Shown piece after piece: positions 27,936-35,760 of a DNA stretch of 64,000 nucleotides. The position numbers and the translations under genes were made by a program. The DNA is taken from the NCBI GenBank assembly GCA_025054615.1, contig JANWZO010000009.1:25117-89116 (forward strand). The letters are read 5' to 3'. The notes beneath the pieces are model-generated. The model did not search any database, was not told the origin of the DNA, and saw only the letters and a program-made list of their open reading frames with translations. Within the stretch, counting starts at the first letter, position 1. Every line of letters begins with the position of its first letter. The stretch comes from Kiritimatiellia bacterium (GTDB lineage Bacteria > Verrucomicrobiota > Kiritimatiellia > CAIVKH01).

Positions 27936-28157
27936 CTAATTGGCGGGACTGCTTTTGAGTAGACGATCGATGATCACAAACGCGAGAGCCGCCCGCTCAT
28001 TCCGATTGAGCTTGGATTCGAGCGCCGCAAGTTCCGACTGGATGCGTGGCGAGGATTCCGGATCTTCAAAAGCGAGGCGGAACGCACTTTTGAGCTGGCT
28101 CTGATTGATGCAGTAAACAGATTCGCCGCCGAGCAGCTCGATCGGTTTGACCGCCAT
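27936..28157 (-). CDS. Hypothetical small protein (73 aa), 3 nt downstream of the IscA-type gene
   Basis: Supported only by the ORF and its tight spacing to the upstream gene. No motif is recognised. Confidence 0.35.
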   Translation of the reverse strand: MAVKPIELLGGESVYCINQSQLKSAFRLAFEDPESSPRIQSELAALESKLNRNERAALAFVIIDRLLKSSPAN

Positions 28158-28160
28158 GCG

Positions 28161-28499
28161 CTAAACCGAAAAGCTCGCGCCACACCCGCAGGCCTTGACT
28201 GCCCTGGGATTCTTGAACCGAAAACCGGACGCAATCAGATCGTCGGAGTAATCGATCTGTAGACCGTCTAGAAACATCGCGCTGTGCGGGTCGGCCACAA
28301 CTCGGAGGCCGTTTTCTTCAAACAAAATTTGGTCTGTATCGGAAAGCGTGTTGTCGATGCAGGCGGAATACGTCATTCCCGAGCAACCGCCGGCCACAAC
28401 CGAAATGCGCAGAAAATTTGGGCCGGTTGCCTCGAGCTTGATCAGTTCGGCTTTTGCCTTGTCGCTGATGTAAATCGCCATATCCCTTTTGCTCTCCAA
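28161..28499 (-). CDS. Iron-sulfur cluster insertion/assembly protein (HesB/IscA/ErpA family)
   Basis: LRISVVAGGCSGMTY and the C-terminal CGCGASF motif. The alternative start is the Met at 28481 (MAIYISDKA). Confidence 0.85.
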   Translation of the reverse strand: MESKRDMAIYISDKAKAELIKLEATGPNFLRISVVAGGCSGMTYSACIDNTLSDTDQILFEENGLRVVADPHSAMFLDGLQIDYSDDLIASGFRFKNPRAVKACGCGASFSV

Positions 28500-28714
28500 C
28501 CAATTGCCGACAGATTACGTCGCCATTTCAAGTATGTCAAGCTGGCGTTCGGGACTTCGTCATTACCCTTTGAAAATTTCCCCTTTCTAACTCTGTAGAG
28601 ACGACGAATAGGCAACGGAGGGAGGCCCGTGCGCTGGGAGAACTTCGCGCAGGGATTGGAACGGGCAAATGAGGCCAATATCGGGATAGCTGTAACGCTC
28701 CCTCGAAATGCGGT

Positions 28715-28739
28715 CGGGGTGGAACCCGATCTTCCAAAG
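28715..28739. repeat. Copy 1 of an imperfect ~25-nt direct repeat (CGGGGTGGAACCCGATCTTCCAAAG) in an ORF-free spacer
   Basis: Compared by eye with 28928-28952 (CGGGGTGGGAACCGACTTTCCAGAT). About 20 of 25 positions match if one indel is allowed. Confidence 0.3.
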
Positions 28740-28927
28740 GGGGTGAGGTGGAGGGCGCGGTTCTACCCGCGCCAATCTATCTTCGAGGGTGCCGTTCCAC
28801 CGGCGACGTCGCGTATTGGATTTGCGGACGCCGTTGAAGGCGTCTCACCATCGAGAAGTTAGGGCACAATTCAACAATAGCCGAGAACGATCGGCGTTGA
28901 ATCCGACCCTTAGGATGGGAAATGGGC

Positions 28928-28952
28928 CGGGGTGGGAACCGACTTTCCAGAT
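28928..28952. repeat. Copy 2 of the imperfect ~25-nt direct repeat
   Basis: See copy 1. This copy sits inside a 9-bp inverted repeat: GGATGGGAA (28914-28922) and TTCCCATCC (28973-28981). Confidence 0.3.
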
Positions 28953-29178
28953 ATTTAGGATCGGGCGGCGCCTTCCCATCCAGTTTATGTAGAGGTTATG
29001 GATGGGCGGGCTACGGCATCGCCATCGCAGCCGTTCGTACGGAAAGGATGTGTTTCTAGAGGGTTGTGACTGGTGGTGGTCGGGACGCCGTGAGAGAGGG
29101 GCTTTGAATCCTTATCCTCTGGAACAGCCGGTGATCGTCAGACAAAGGCGGTTCGGAATCGAGATTTGAACGCGCTGA

Positions 29179-30363
29179 TCATTTCTGCGGCAACGCCATG
29201 TCCAGCGCCAGCAAGCAATACGAAGTCACTAGTACGGGGTCAGCCTCCCACCAGCGCCCTTCATCATTTTTCCAGTAACCGGATCCATCGGGTTCGATCC
29301 GCTGCAAGCTGACCAATTTCTTGATCAGTTCTTCGCGCCAATTGATGCGGCGTGAATCGGCAAGATGCAGTACATCCTGGTTCATGATGGCAAGAGCCTT
29401 GGCCAGGGTTTGATAGTAATAGTAAAGACCCTGCTGGCCCATCCCCGGGTTTTCATCGAGATTCCAATACTTGAGTGCCCATTCGAAGGCACTTTGCACG
29501 CGGGGGTCGGATTTATCGACCTGCGCGTAAATGAAGCTCAACAATCCGGCGTACGTCATGCTGCCATAGGACCGGAGGCGCACCTGTCCTGCTTCGTTCG
29601 TGTAGCTACCTGCCATGCTTGAATCCGGCTTGTAAGCGAACCCCCCGTATTCGGCCGGGTCGTCGCTAGCCCACGGCTGGTCGTTCGACTCAGGGCGATT
29701 CTGCACGCGTTCGATGAATCGGCGAGCCGCCTCCCAGTTCAGGTCCGCTCGGGCCTCACCTTGCCGACGGAGTTCTTCGACCCGCTCGGTCAGCCGCATG
29801 GCCTCGTAGGCGATATAAGAGTTCGATAGGTCCGCGTAGGGCCGCCCCGTGGCTTCATCATATCCCATCCCACCATAGTAAATGTCATCCCCAAAGTGCT
29901 GGGTCCCGGCGATGAATTGGCGCGCGCGCTGTACCACCGGTATCAGGTCTTCCCGGCCGACCTCATACAGCGCAACCATGGCGATTGCAGTGTTGTAGTT
30001 GCACAACCCGCCGCCCCGCCGTTCCTCGCGGGGCGTCTTGCAAATCGAGCCATTTTCATTGACGCAGGACAAGATGTATTGGACGCCGCGCTCTACCGCG
30101 GGTTCAGACCTCGCGCCGTGGCGCACCAGCGCCCAGACGGGAAGCGCAGTCAGTGCCGGGAAATCCGGGTTTGACCAGTATCCCTCGGGGGCCTGCTGGC
30201 GAATCAGCCAACGGACCGCGCGGTCCCGCGCCGAGATCGCTTCCCGAGCCAGTGATTCGGAAACGCCGGCCGCAGGCTGCAGTGTGCGGAGAAGGATGGG
30301 CGACTCATCGGCAGTCGCGATCGACGCGGATGCAAGCGCCAGACAGGCAATGCTGATTTTCAT
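29179..30363 (-). CDS. Secreted prenyltransferase / squalene-oxidase repeat (alpha-alpha toroid) protein
   Basis: MKISIACLALASASIATA is a signal peptide. Repeated aromatic/Gly-rich motifs follow (QAPEGYWSN, NENGSI, YYGGMGY, GGFAYKP, EPDGSGYWKN), as in terpene-cyclase-like repeats. Confidence 0.65.
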   Translation of the reverse strand: MKISIACLALASASIATADESPILLRTLQPAAGVSESLAREAISARDRAVRWLIRQQAPEGYWSNPDFPALTALPVWALVRHGARSEPAVERGVQYILSCVNENGSICKTPREERRGGGLCNYNTAIAMVALYEVGREDLIPVVQRARQFIAGTQHFGDDIYYGGMGYDEATGRPYADLSNSYIAYEAMRLTERVEELRRQGEARADLNWEAARRFIERVQNRPESNDQPWASDDPAEYGGFAYKPDSSMAGSYTNEAGQVRLRSYGSMTYAGLLSFIYAQVDKSDPRVQSAFEWALKYWNLDENPGMGQQGLYYYYQTLAKALAIMNQDVLHLADSRRINWREELIKKLVSLQRIEPDGSGYWKNDEGRWWEADPVLVTSYCLLALDMALPQK

Positions 30364-30487
30364 GACACGGTCTCCGGTTTAAAAATTTTGATTCTCCAGA
30401 GTATCGGCAATCTCGACCTGAGGAAACGCCGAAATGGCAAATGCAAAGTCGATGGGAACGGCGATGTGCTGATCCGCGCTGCCCCGA

Positions 30488-30563
30488 TTGGTGGAGGGTA
30501 GGAGAGTCGAACTCCCGACCTCGTGAATGCCATTCACGCGCTCTACCAACTGAGCTAACCCCC
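30488..30563 (-). tRNA. tRNA-Ala (anticodon GGC), CCA encoded
   Basis: The reverse complement is GGGGGGTTAGCTCAGTTGGTAGAGCGCGTGAATGGCATTCACGAGGTCGGGAGTTCGACTCTCCTACCCTCCACCA. It folds as a cloverleaf with a 7-bp acceptor stem, the G3:U70 Ala identity pair, anticodon loop AUGGCAU and T-loop TTCGACT. Confidence 0.93.
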
Positions 30564-30749
30564 CAAAACGGGTTGCCCGACATCTGTATCGAAATCAGCA
30601 TAGGTGCGTCAATGATTGAACGATAGAGTACCTCGCGGGGTTCATTCTAGCTGGCGAAGGGTGCGAGTCAGACCAGGGCTGCAAACCGGCGCGAGCCGCC
30701 TATGATGCGGAACGATTGACGGATTTCGGGGCTCGTGCTATCGGGAGGC

Positions 30750-31520
30750 ATGCGCGTGAGTTTTTATTTCGTCGCCTGGTTCGCCATGGCGTTGATCGCT
30801 GGTTGCGGGCCCGGGTCTATCCGCGAACAGCGCGAGGAGCGGGACCCCCTCTTGCGCCGCGCGCAGGCCAAAAAGAACGCTGGGGATATCGACGGTGCGA
30901 TCGAGGCGTACCTTTACGCGATCGAGAAGAGGCCCCGTTCTGCACGCGCCCACCTCGAGCTCGGATGGATTTACGATCACGACCGCAACGATTACCTGCG
31001 CGCCGCCTACCATTATCAACGCTTTCTCGAGCTGCGCCCTGACTCCAAGGATCGGGACCTCGTCGAGGGCCTTTTAGAACAGGCCCGGCTTTCCTTCGCG
31101 ACAACGTTGCCGGAACAGCCGAATGGCGCGGTAAGGCGGATCCGGATGCTCGAAGCGGAGAATGCCGCCCTGCGCGCGGAAATTTCCCGGCTCACCGCTG
31201 CGGCCTCTCCGCCGCCGCGCGTCCAAACCGCGTCATCCCCGACTACGGCAGGTCCGGCCTCTGCAGCTATCCCGGCGCCTCCGCCCCCGGCGCCAGGCCC
31301 GGCCGTTCAGCCGCCCGCATCAGCGCCCGGCTCGGCACAGCCCGCCACGACCTATACGGTCCAGCCCGGGGATACGCTCTCGCGAATCGCGGCAAAAGTT
31401 TACGGCGATTCCAAAAAATGGCAGATCATCTATGAAGCCAACCGTGCGTCGCTGCCCGGCGGTCCGCAAAGCATCAAGGTGGGGCAGACGCTGATCATTC
31501 CGAGGGCGGCCGCGCGGTAG
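30750..31520 (+). CDS. Lipoprotein with TPR-like region, short coiled coil, Pro/Ala-rich linker and C-terminal LysM domain
   Basis: FAMALIAGCG is a lipobox. It is followed by AIEAYLYAIEKRPRSARAHLELGWIY (TPR), RMLEAENAALRAEISRL, and the LysM segment TYTVQPGDTLSRIAAKVYGDSKKWQIIYEAN..VGQTLIIP. The ORF is open from 30735. Confidence 0.75.
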   Translation: MRVSFYFVAWFAMALIAGCGPGSIREQREERDPLLRRAQAKKNAGDIDGAIEAYLYAIEKRPRSARAHLELGWIYDHDRNDYLRAAYHYQRFLELRPDSKDRDLVEGLLEQARLSFATTLPEQPNGAVRRIRMLEAENAALRAEISRLTAAASPPPRVQTASSPTTAGPASAAIPAPPPPAPGPAVQPPASAPGSAQPATTYTVQPGDTLSRIAAKVYGDSKKWQIIYEANRASLPGGPQSIKVGQTLIIPRAAAR

Positions 31521-31539
31521 GCAAGAAAGGGAGCCGACC

Positions 31540-32283
31540 ATGTCCGGAACTGATTTTTTCGATGATGACCTGATCCGCCAGCGCGACGTGTCAAGGCGGG
31601 GCAGGTCTGGGACCGGCGATGATCCCTCTGGGCTAGGTTCTCATGAGGGGAGTGAACTTCCCGCGCGGCCGGTTTCGGATCTGAATCTCACCCGCATGGC
31701 GCGGCACCGTAAGGAGGTGGATACGCATGCGGCCATAGCCGCGCAGGAACTCGAGCGGCTTCGCAAACGGCAGGAGCAGTTGGAGCAAGAAAAGCGCGAA
31801 CTGGAGGAGCTGCGTCGGCGACAGGACGAATATGAGCGTGGCAAACGGGAGATGACCGAAACCCTCAAGCGGAGTCTCGTCGCGCTCGAACGCAAGGAGA
31901 TTGACGCGCAGCGTACTGTCGAGTTGCTGGCGGACGCGAGAGTCCGATTCAAAGAGCTGCTCGCGGAGGTTGAGCAGCTCAAGGAGGAGGTCTGGCCGGA
32001 AGATCGGATTCGTGAGGAGTTGGCAAAAAGTCTCGGCATTCTGGAACAGGCCCGTCTCGAGTACAGCAAGACCATGGCCAAAATTGAGGCCGTCAAGCCG
32101 GAAGCCGCGGCTGCATCCGGCAAGCCAACGGTGATCCTCGAGGATCGGTCGGGCGACGCAGAGGATGAAAAGAGCTTCCTGTACTGGCTGAAGGTGGGTC
32201 TGGCATTTACGCTGCCGCTCACTGCAGCCATCCTTTTGGTCGGCCTCCTGTTTCTGTTCGCGAGGATCAGCGGGTACTACTGA
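31540..32283 (+). CDS. Tail-anchored coiled-coil protein (hypothetical)
   Basis: Disordered acidic/basic N-terminus, then ~130 aa of heptad-like E/R/K/L-rich sequence (ELERLRKRQEQLEQEKRELEELRRRQDEYE...). A single C-terminal TM helix follows (LAFTLPLTAAILLVGLLFLFA). The gene lies 19 nt after the LysM gene. Confidence 0.6.
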   Translation: MSGTDFFDDDLIRQRDVSRRGRSGTGDDPSGLGSHEGSELPARPVSDLNLTRMARHRKEVDTHAAIAAQELERLRKRQEQLEQEKRELEELRRRQDEYERGKREMTETLKRSLVALERKEIDAQRTVELLADARVRFKELLAEVEQLKEEVWPEDRIREELAKSLGILEQARLEYSKTMAKIEAVKPEAAAASGKPTVILEDRSGDAEDEKSFLYWLKVGLAFTLPLTAAILLVGLLFLFARISGYY

Positions 32284-32286
32284 GCC

Positions 32287-32727
32287 ATGCTCTTCCCAAA
32301 TCGCGAAAACGCGCTGGAGCGGCGCCTGCGCGAAGTTGAGGAAGAAGAGCGGCGCATCCGGCAACACATCAAGGAGGTCAGCCGTCGCCTCCGAAAAATC
32401 GAGCGAGGCCGAGTGGACGACCTCTTGCCGACGCCATTCGTCACGGGGCCGGTTCAGATATCCGCGAGAGGGAGTGCGCCCACGGCCGATCGACCGGAAC
32501 CGCAATCGAACTCTCCGACGCGCGAAGAATCTCAGGCCACCGTTCCGCCGATGGGGCGGACGACGAATCCGGTGGGTGACGCTCGTTTCCTGCGCTATTT
32601 CGCCAGCGGCACCTTCGTCCATTCGCGCCCGCTGGAGCGCGAACGGCGCGTTCTTCGCAACAAGGCCCTTTTCCTGCTTCTCGTCGCGCTGCTGCTCGCG
32701 TACCTCGTTTACAGCCTGGTCTTTTAG
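32287..32727 (+). CDS. Tail-anchored protein with a short N-terminal coiled coil (hypothetical)
   Basis: LERRLREVEEEERRIRQHIKEVSRRLRKIE, then a low-complexity linker and a C-terminal TM helix (ALFLLLVALLLAYLVYSLVF). The gene lies 3 nt after the previous stop and 2 nt before ogt. Confidence 0.55.
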   Translation: MLFPNRENALERRLREVEEEERRIRQHIKEVSRRLRKIERGRVDDLLPTPFVTGPVQISARGSAPTADRPEPQSNSPTREESQATVPPMGRTTNPVGDARFLRYFASGTFVHSRPLERERRVLRNKALFLLLVALLLAYLVYSLVF

Positions 32728-32729
32728 AC

Positions 32730-33248
32730 ATGGCGGACGGCCGCGGGGAAAGCCTGTTGACGATCCACACGACCTGGGGACCGATCCGCTTGGTGGCGAG
32801 CCAGGGGCGATTGGCCCGCTGCGTGTTGCCGTTGCAGCAACGACCACGCTCTAAGGCGCCGCGCGTGCTGGCCTCAAGCTGGTCGTCAGCCTCGCCGGCA
32901 GACCGATCTGTCCTGCGTGCGGGTGAGAAAATGATCCGAGCCGCGCTGCGCGGAAAAACCGTCGATGCTATTCCTACCCTCGCTGATGACGGATTAACCC
33001 CGTTCGCAAAAGCCTGTCGGGCCGCGATGCTCGCCATCCCGATGGGGACAACCATCTCCTATGCCGAACTTGCACGCCGGGCCGGTCGTCCCGGGGCTGC
33101 GCGCGCGGCGGGCCAGATTTGCGCGCGCAATCCGTTGCCGCTGATTGTGCCGTGCCATCGTGTTTGCGCGGCAGATCGCTCGCCGGGCGGGTTTTCCGCA
33201 GGGCTGGGGTGGAAAATGTGGCTGCTGAAGGCAGAGCGGGCCATATGA
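32730..33248 (+). CDS. ogt: Methylated-DNA--protein-cysteine methyltransferase
   Basis: ISYAELARRAGRPGAARAAGQICARNPLPLIVPCHRV contains the PCHRV active site. Confidence 0.85.
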   Translation: MADGRGESLLTIHTTWGPIRLVASQGRLARCVLPLQQRPRSKAPRVLASSWSSASPADRSVLRAGEKMIRAALRGKTVDAIPTLADDGLTPFAKACRAAMLAIPMGTTISYAELARRAGRPGAARAAGQICARNPLPLIVPCHRVCAADRSPGGFSAGLGWKMWLLKAERAI

Positions 33249-34324
33249 ACATCGCCGTGGCGTGTGGGGGGACGGGAGGGCATATCTTCCCTGGGCTTGC
33301 GACGGCTCAGGAGCTCGTGCGCCGCGGGCACCGAGTCACGCTCTGGCTTGCAGGGAAATCGGGCGAATCGGAGGCGGTCGCGGGCTGGGCCGGACCTGTC
33401 GTGCGGCTTCGGGCCAGCGGTTTCGATTCCCGACCGGGCGTTGGGTCGATCCGCGCGGCGTGGTCTCTGCTCCGCGCGGCGGCGGCCGGTCGTTTTGTCA
33501 TGGCGAAAGACCGGCCGGATGTTGTGCTCGCGATGGGCAGTTACGCCTCGGTCGGACCGGTACTAGCCGCAAGGTCCCTGGGCGTGCCGGCGGTTCTTCA
33601 CGAATCGAACGTCGTGCCGGGTCGCGCGATCCGCTTCCTCGCCCCACGCGCTGCCGCGGTGGCGATCTCATTTGAGGCTTCCACCTTCTACCTCAGGCGG
33701 GCAAATCTTGTTCTGACGGGCATGCCGCTTCGCGCCGAACTGATCGAAGCCGCGCGGTCGCTGCCGCCGCGATCGTTCAACGGCGATCGCGCGACGGTAC
33801 TGGTGATGGGGGGCAGCGGCGGGGCGAAGCGGCTGAACGAGATGGCGCCCCCCGCCTTGGCGGCCGTGGCGCGGGAGATCCCCTCAATCCGCATCATTCA
33901 TATCACGGGGCGCGGCCGTGAGTCGGAAGCGCGCAGCTTCTACGACCGGTCCGGGTTGAACGCGGAGGTGCTCGGATTTACAACGGACATGGCCCGAATC
34001 TACTCCGAAGCCGACTTCGCGATTTGCCGCGCAGGGGCGGCTACCTGCGCGGAGCTTTCGCTTTTTGGATTGCCCGCCCTGCTGGTGCCTTATCCCCACG
34101 CCGTGGCTGACCATCAAACTGCCAACGCGCAGGCGATGGTCAAGTTGGGCGCCGCTGACATGGTGGCGGACGCTGACCTTGCGCCGGGCTGGCTGCAGGA
34201 ATATCTGCTGGCACGTCTGCGCGATCCGGCCAAACGCGAAGCGATGAGTCGGGCCGCGCGCGCACGGGCGCAACACAAGGCTACAGCTGCGCTAGCCGAT
34301 CTGGTGGAGCGATGTGCAGCGTAA
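33245..34324 (+). CDS. murG: Undecaprenyl-PP-MurNAc-pentapeptide UDP-GlcNAc transferase
   Basis: MNIAVACGGTGGHIFPGLA (G-loop) and ICRAGAATCAEL..PYPHAVADHQTANA. The ATG at 33245 overlaps the ogt stop (ATGA). The ORF is nominally open from 33119. Confidence 0.9.
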   Translation: MNIAVACGGTGGHIFPGLATAQELVRRGHRVTLWLAGKSGESEAVAGWAGPVVRLRASGFDSRPGVGSIRAAWSLLRAAAAGRFVMAKDRPDVVLAMGSYASVGPVLAARSLGVPAVLHESNVVPGRAIRFLAPRAAAVAISFEASTFYLRRANLVLTGMPLRAELIEAARSLPPRSFNGDRATVLVMGGSGGAKRLNEMAPPALAAVAREIPSIRIIHITGRGRESEARSFYDRSGLNAEVLGFTTDMARIYSEADFAICRAGAATCAELSLFGLPALLVPYPHAVADHQTANAQAMVKLGAADMVADADLAPGWLQEYLLARLRDPAKREAMSRAARARAQHKATAALADLVERCAA

Positions 34325-35760
34325 TGGCGGATCGCTCTCCACCCCGATGGGATCGGTTGGCGCCCGCCTACGAACGCGCGTGCCGAATTCTTGCGGCTGT
34401 GCCCGGCCCCGTCCACCTTCTCGGCATCTGCGGCGTCGGGATGGCGGGCCTGGCCGTATTGCTGCGGGGACGGGGGCACGTCGTCAGCGGCTGCGATGCA
34501 AGTCCCTCGGCGCGGATTGCGGGATTCCTGCGCAAACGAGGCATCGAAGTCCTTCATGGTCACGACCCGGAGCACATCTCTGGCAACGAACAGTTTCTCG
34601 TGCGAAGTCCGGCTGTCTCCGAGAGCCACTCGGAATGGCAGGCCGCGGCGGCTGCCGGCCGGCCGTGCTTCGACCGCGGCGAGGTTTTGGCGGCGCTGGT
34701 GCGATCCTGCAAGGCGGTCGGCGTATCCGGCACGCATGGCAAAACAACGACGACGGCGATGCTCGTGCACATCCTTCGGCAAGTGCAGGGCTCCGTAAGC
34801 TTTGCGGTCGGCGGCGAGATCGACGCCGACGGCACTGTTGCCGACCACGCTCCTGGCGCGCCACTGGTCTTCGAGGCGGATGAAAGCGATGGCACGCTCG
34901 TGCTGTACGAATGCGAGCACGCCGTGATCACAAACGTGGAAATGGATCACGCGGATTTTTTTGAAGACGAGGCTTCTCTCGACGCTTGCTTCGGAGCGTT
35001 CGCGGCGCGGGTTCGTGGCGAGACCTGGTTTTGTCGGGACGATCCGGGTGCCGTGCGCGCCGCCGAACGCGCCGGCCGGCCGAGAAGCTATGGTTTTGAG
35101 CCGGGCGCCGAACTCCGCGCTGAGCGCGTGGAATGCCGTGGTTTGGGGTCGGCGGCTGAGATTTTCGCCGGCGGCCGGCGCATCGGCTCGATGGCCCTGC
35201 GCGTCCCAGGGCGCACCAACGTGCTGAATGCGCTCGGCGCGATTGGCGCGTCGATGTCGTTGGGAATTGATCCGGCCTCCGCCATCCGGGCGCTGTCCTC
35301 ATTTTCGGCCGTGCGGCGTCGCTTCGAGGTGATGCTGGACACTGCGAGGGCGACAATCGTTTCCGATTACGCGCATCACCCCACCGAAATCCGAGCGCTG
35401 GTCGCGCAGGCGCAGTTGGGGTTTGCTCCTCGCAGGCTCGTGGCTGTTTTCCAGCCGCACCGATACACGAGGACAGCCCTGCTGGGGTCGCTGTTTCCCG
35501 ACGCATTCGAAGGTGTCGAACGCGTCATTCTGGCGCCGGTCTATGCAGCGAGCGAGCCGCCCATGCCGGGAGGTTCGCACATCGATCTGGCCGAGCATTT
35601 TGTGGCGCGGGGTCGACCTGTGGAAATTGCCGAATCACTGCTTGATGCATGGGACCGGATTCGACACAACTGGCGCGACGGAGATGTGCTCCTTGTGGTC
35701 GGCGCTGGCGATGTCGAGAAAATTGCCATGTGGGCCGCCGGCGAATGGAAAACGACATGA
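34312..35760 (+). CDS. murC: UDP-N-acetylmuramate--L-alanine ligase
   Basis: VHLLGICGVGMAGLAVLL and GVSGTHGKTTTTAM (P-loop). The alternative start at 34324 overlaps the murG stop by 1 nt. Confidence 0.9.
   Translation: MCSVMADRSPPRWDRLAPAYERACRILAAVPGPVHLLGICGVGMAGLAVLLRGRGHVVSGCDASPSARIAGFLRKRGIEVLHGHDPEHISGNEQFLVRSPAVSESHSEWQAAAAAGRPCFDRGEVLAALVRSCKAVGVSGTHGKTTTTAMLVHILRQVQGSVSFAVGGEIDADGTVADHAPGAPLVFEADESDGTLVLYECEHAVITNVEMDHADFFEDEASLDACFGAFAARVRGETWFCRDDPGAVRAAERAGRPRSYGFEPGAELRAERVECRGLGSAAEIFAGGRRIGSMALRVPGRTNVLNALGAIGASMSLGIDPASAIRALSSFSAVRRRFEVMLDTARATIVSDYAHHPTEIRALVAQAQLGFAPRRLVAVFQPHRYTRTALLGSLFPDAFEGVERVILAPVYAASEPPMPGGSHIDLAEHFVARGRPVEIAESLLDAWDRIRHNWRDGDVLLVVGAGDVEKIAMWAAGEWKTT

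Noticed and set aside
28747-28755. 9-nt match (GGTGGAGGG) to the 3' end of the nearby tRNA-Ala gene, considered as a possible att-site remnant of an integrated element
   Set aside because: Only 9 nt match and the flanks diverge immediately. No integrase or other mobile genes lie between it and the tRNA. Chance occurrence in GC-rich DNA is plausible.
31633-32847. 404-aa minus-strand ORF antisense to the two coiled-coil genes
   Set aside because: It mirrors the repetitive GAG/CGC-rich coiled-coil coding sequence. The plus-strand genes have coherent start/stop packing with their neighbours and terminal TM helices. The antisense translation is low in complexity.
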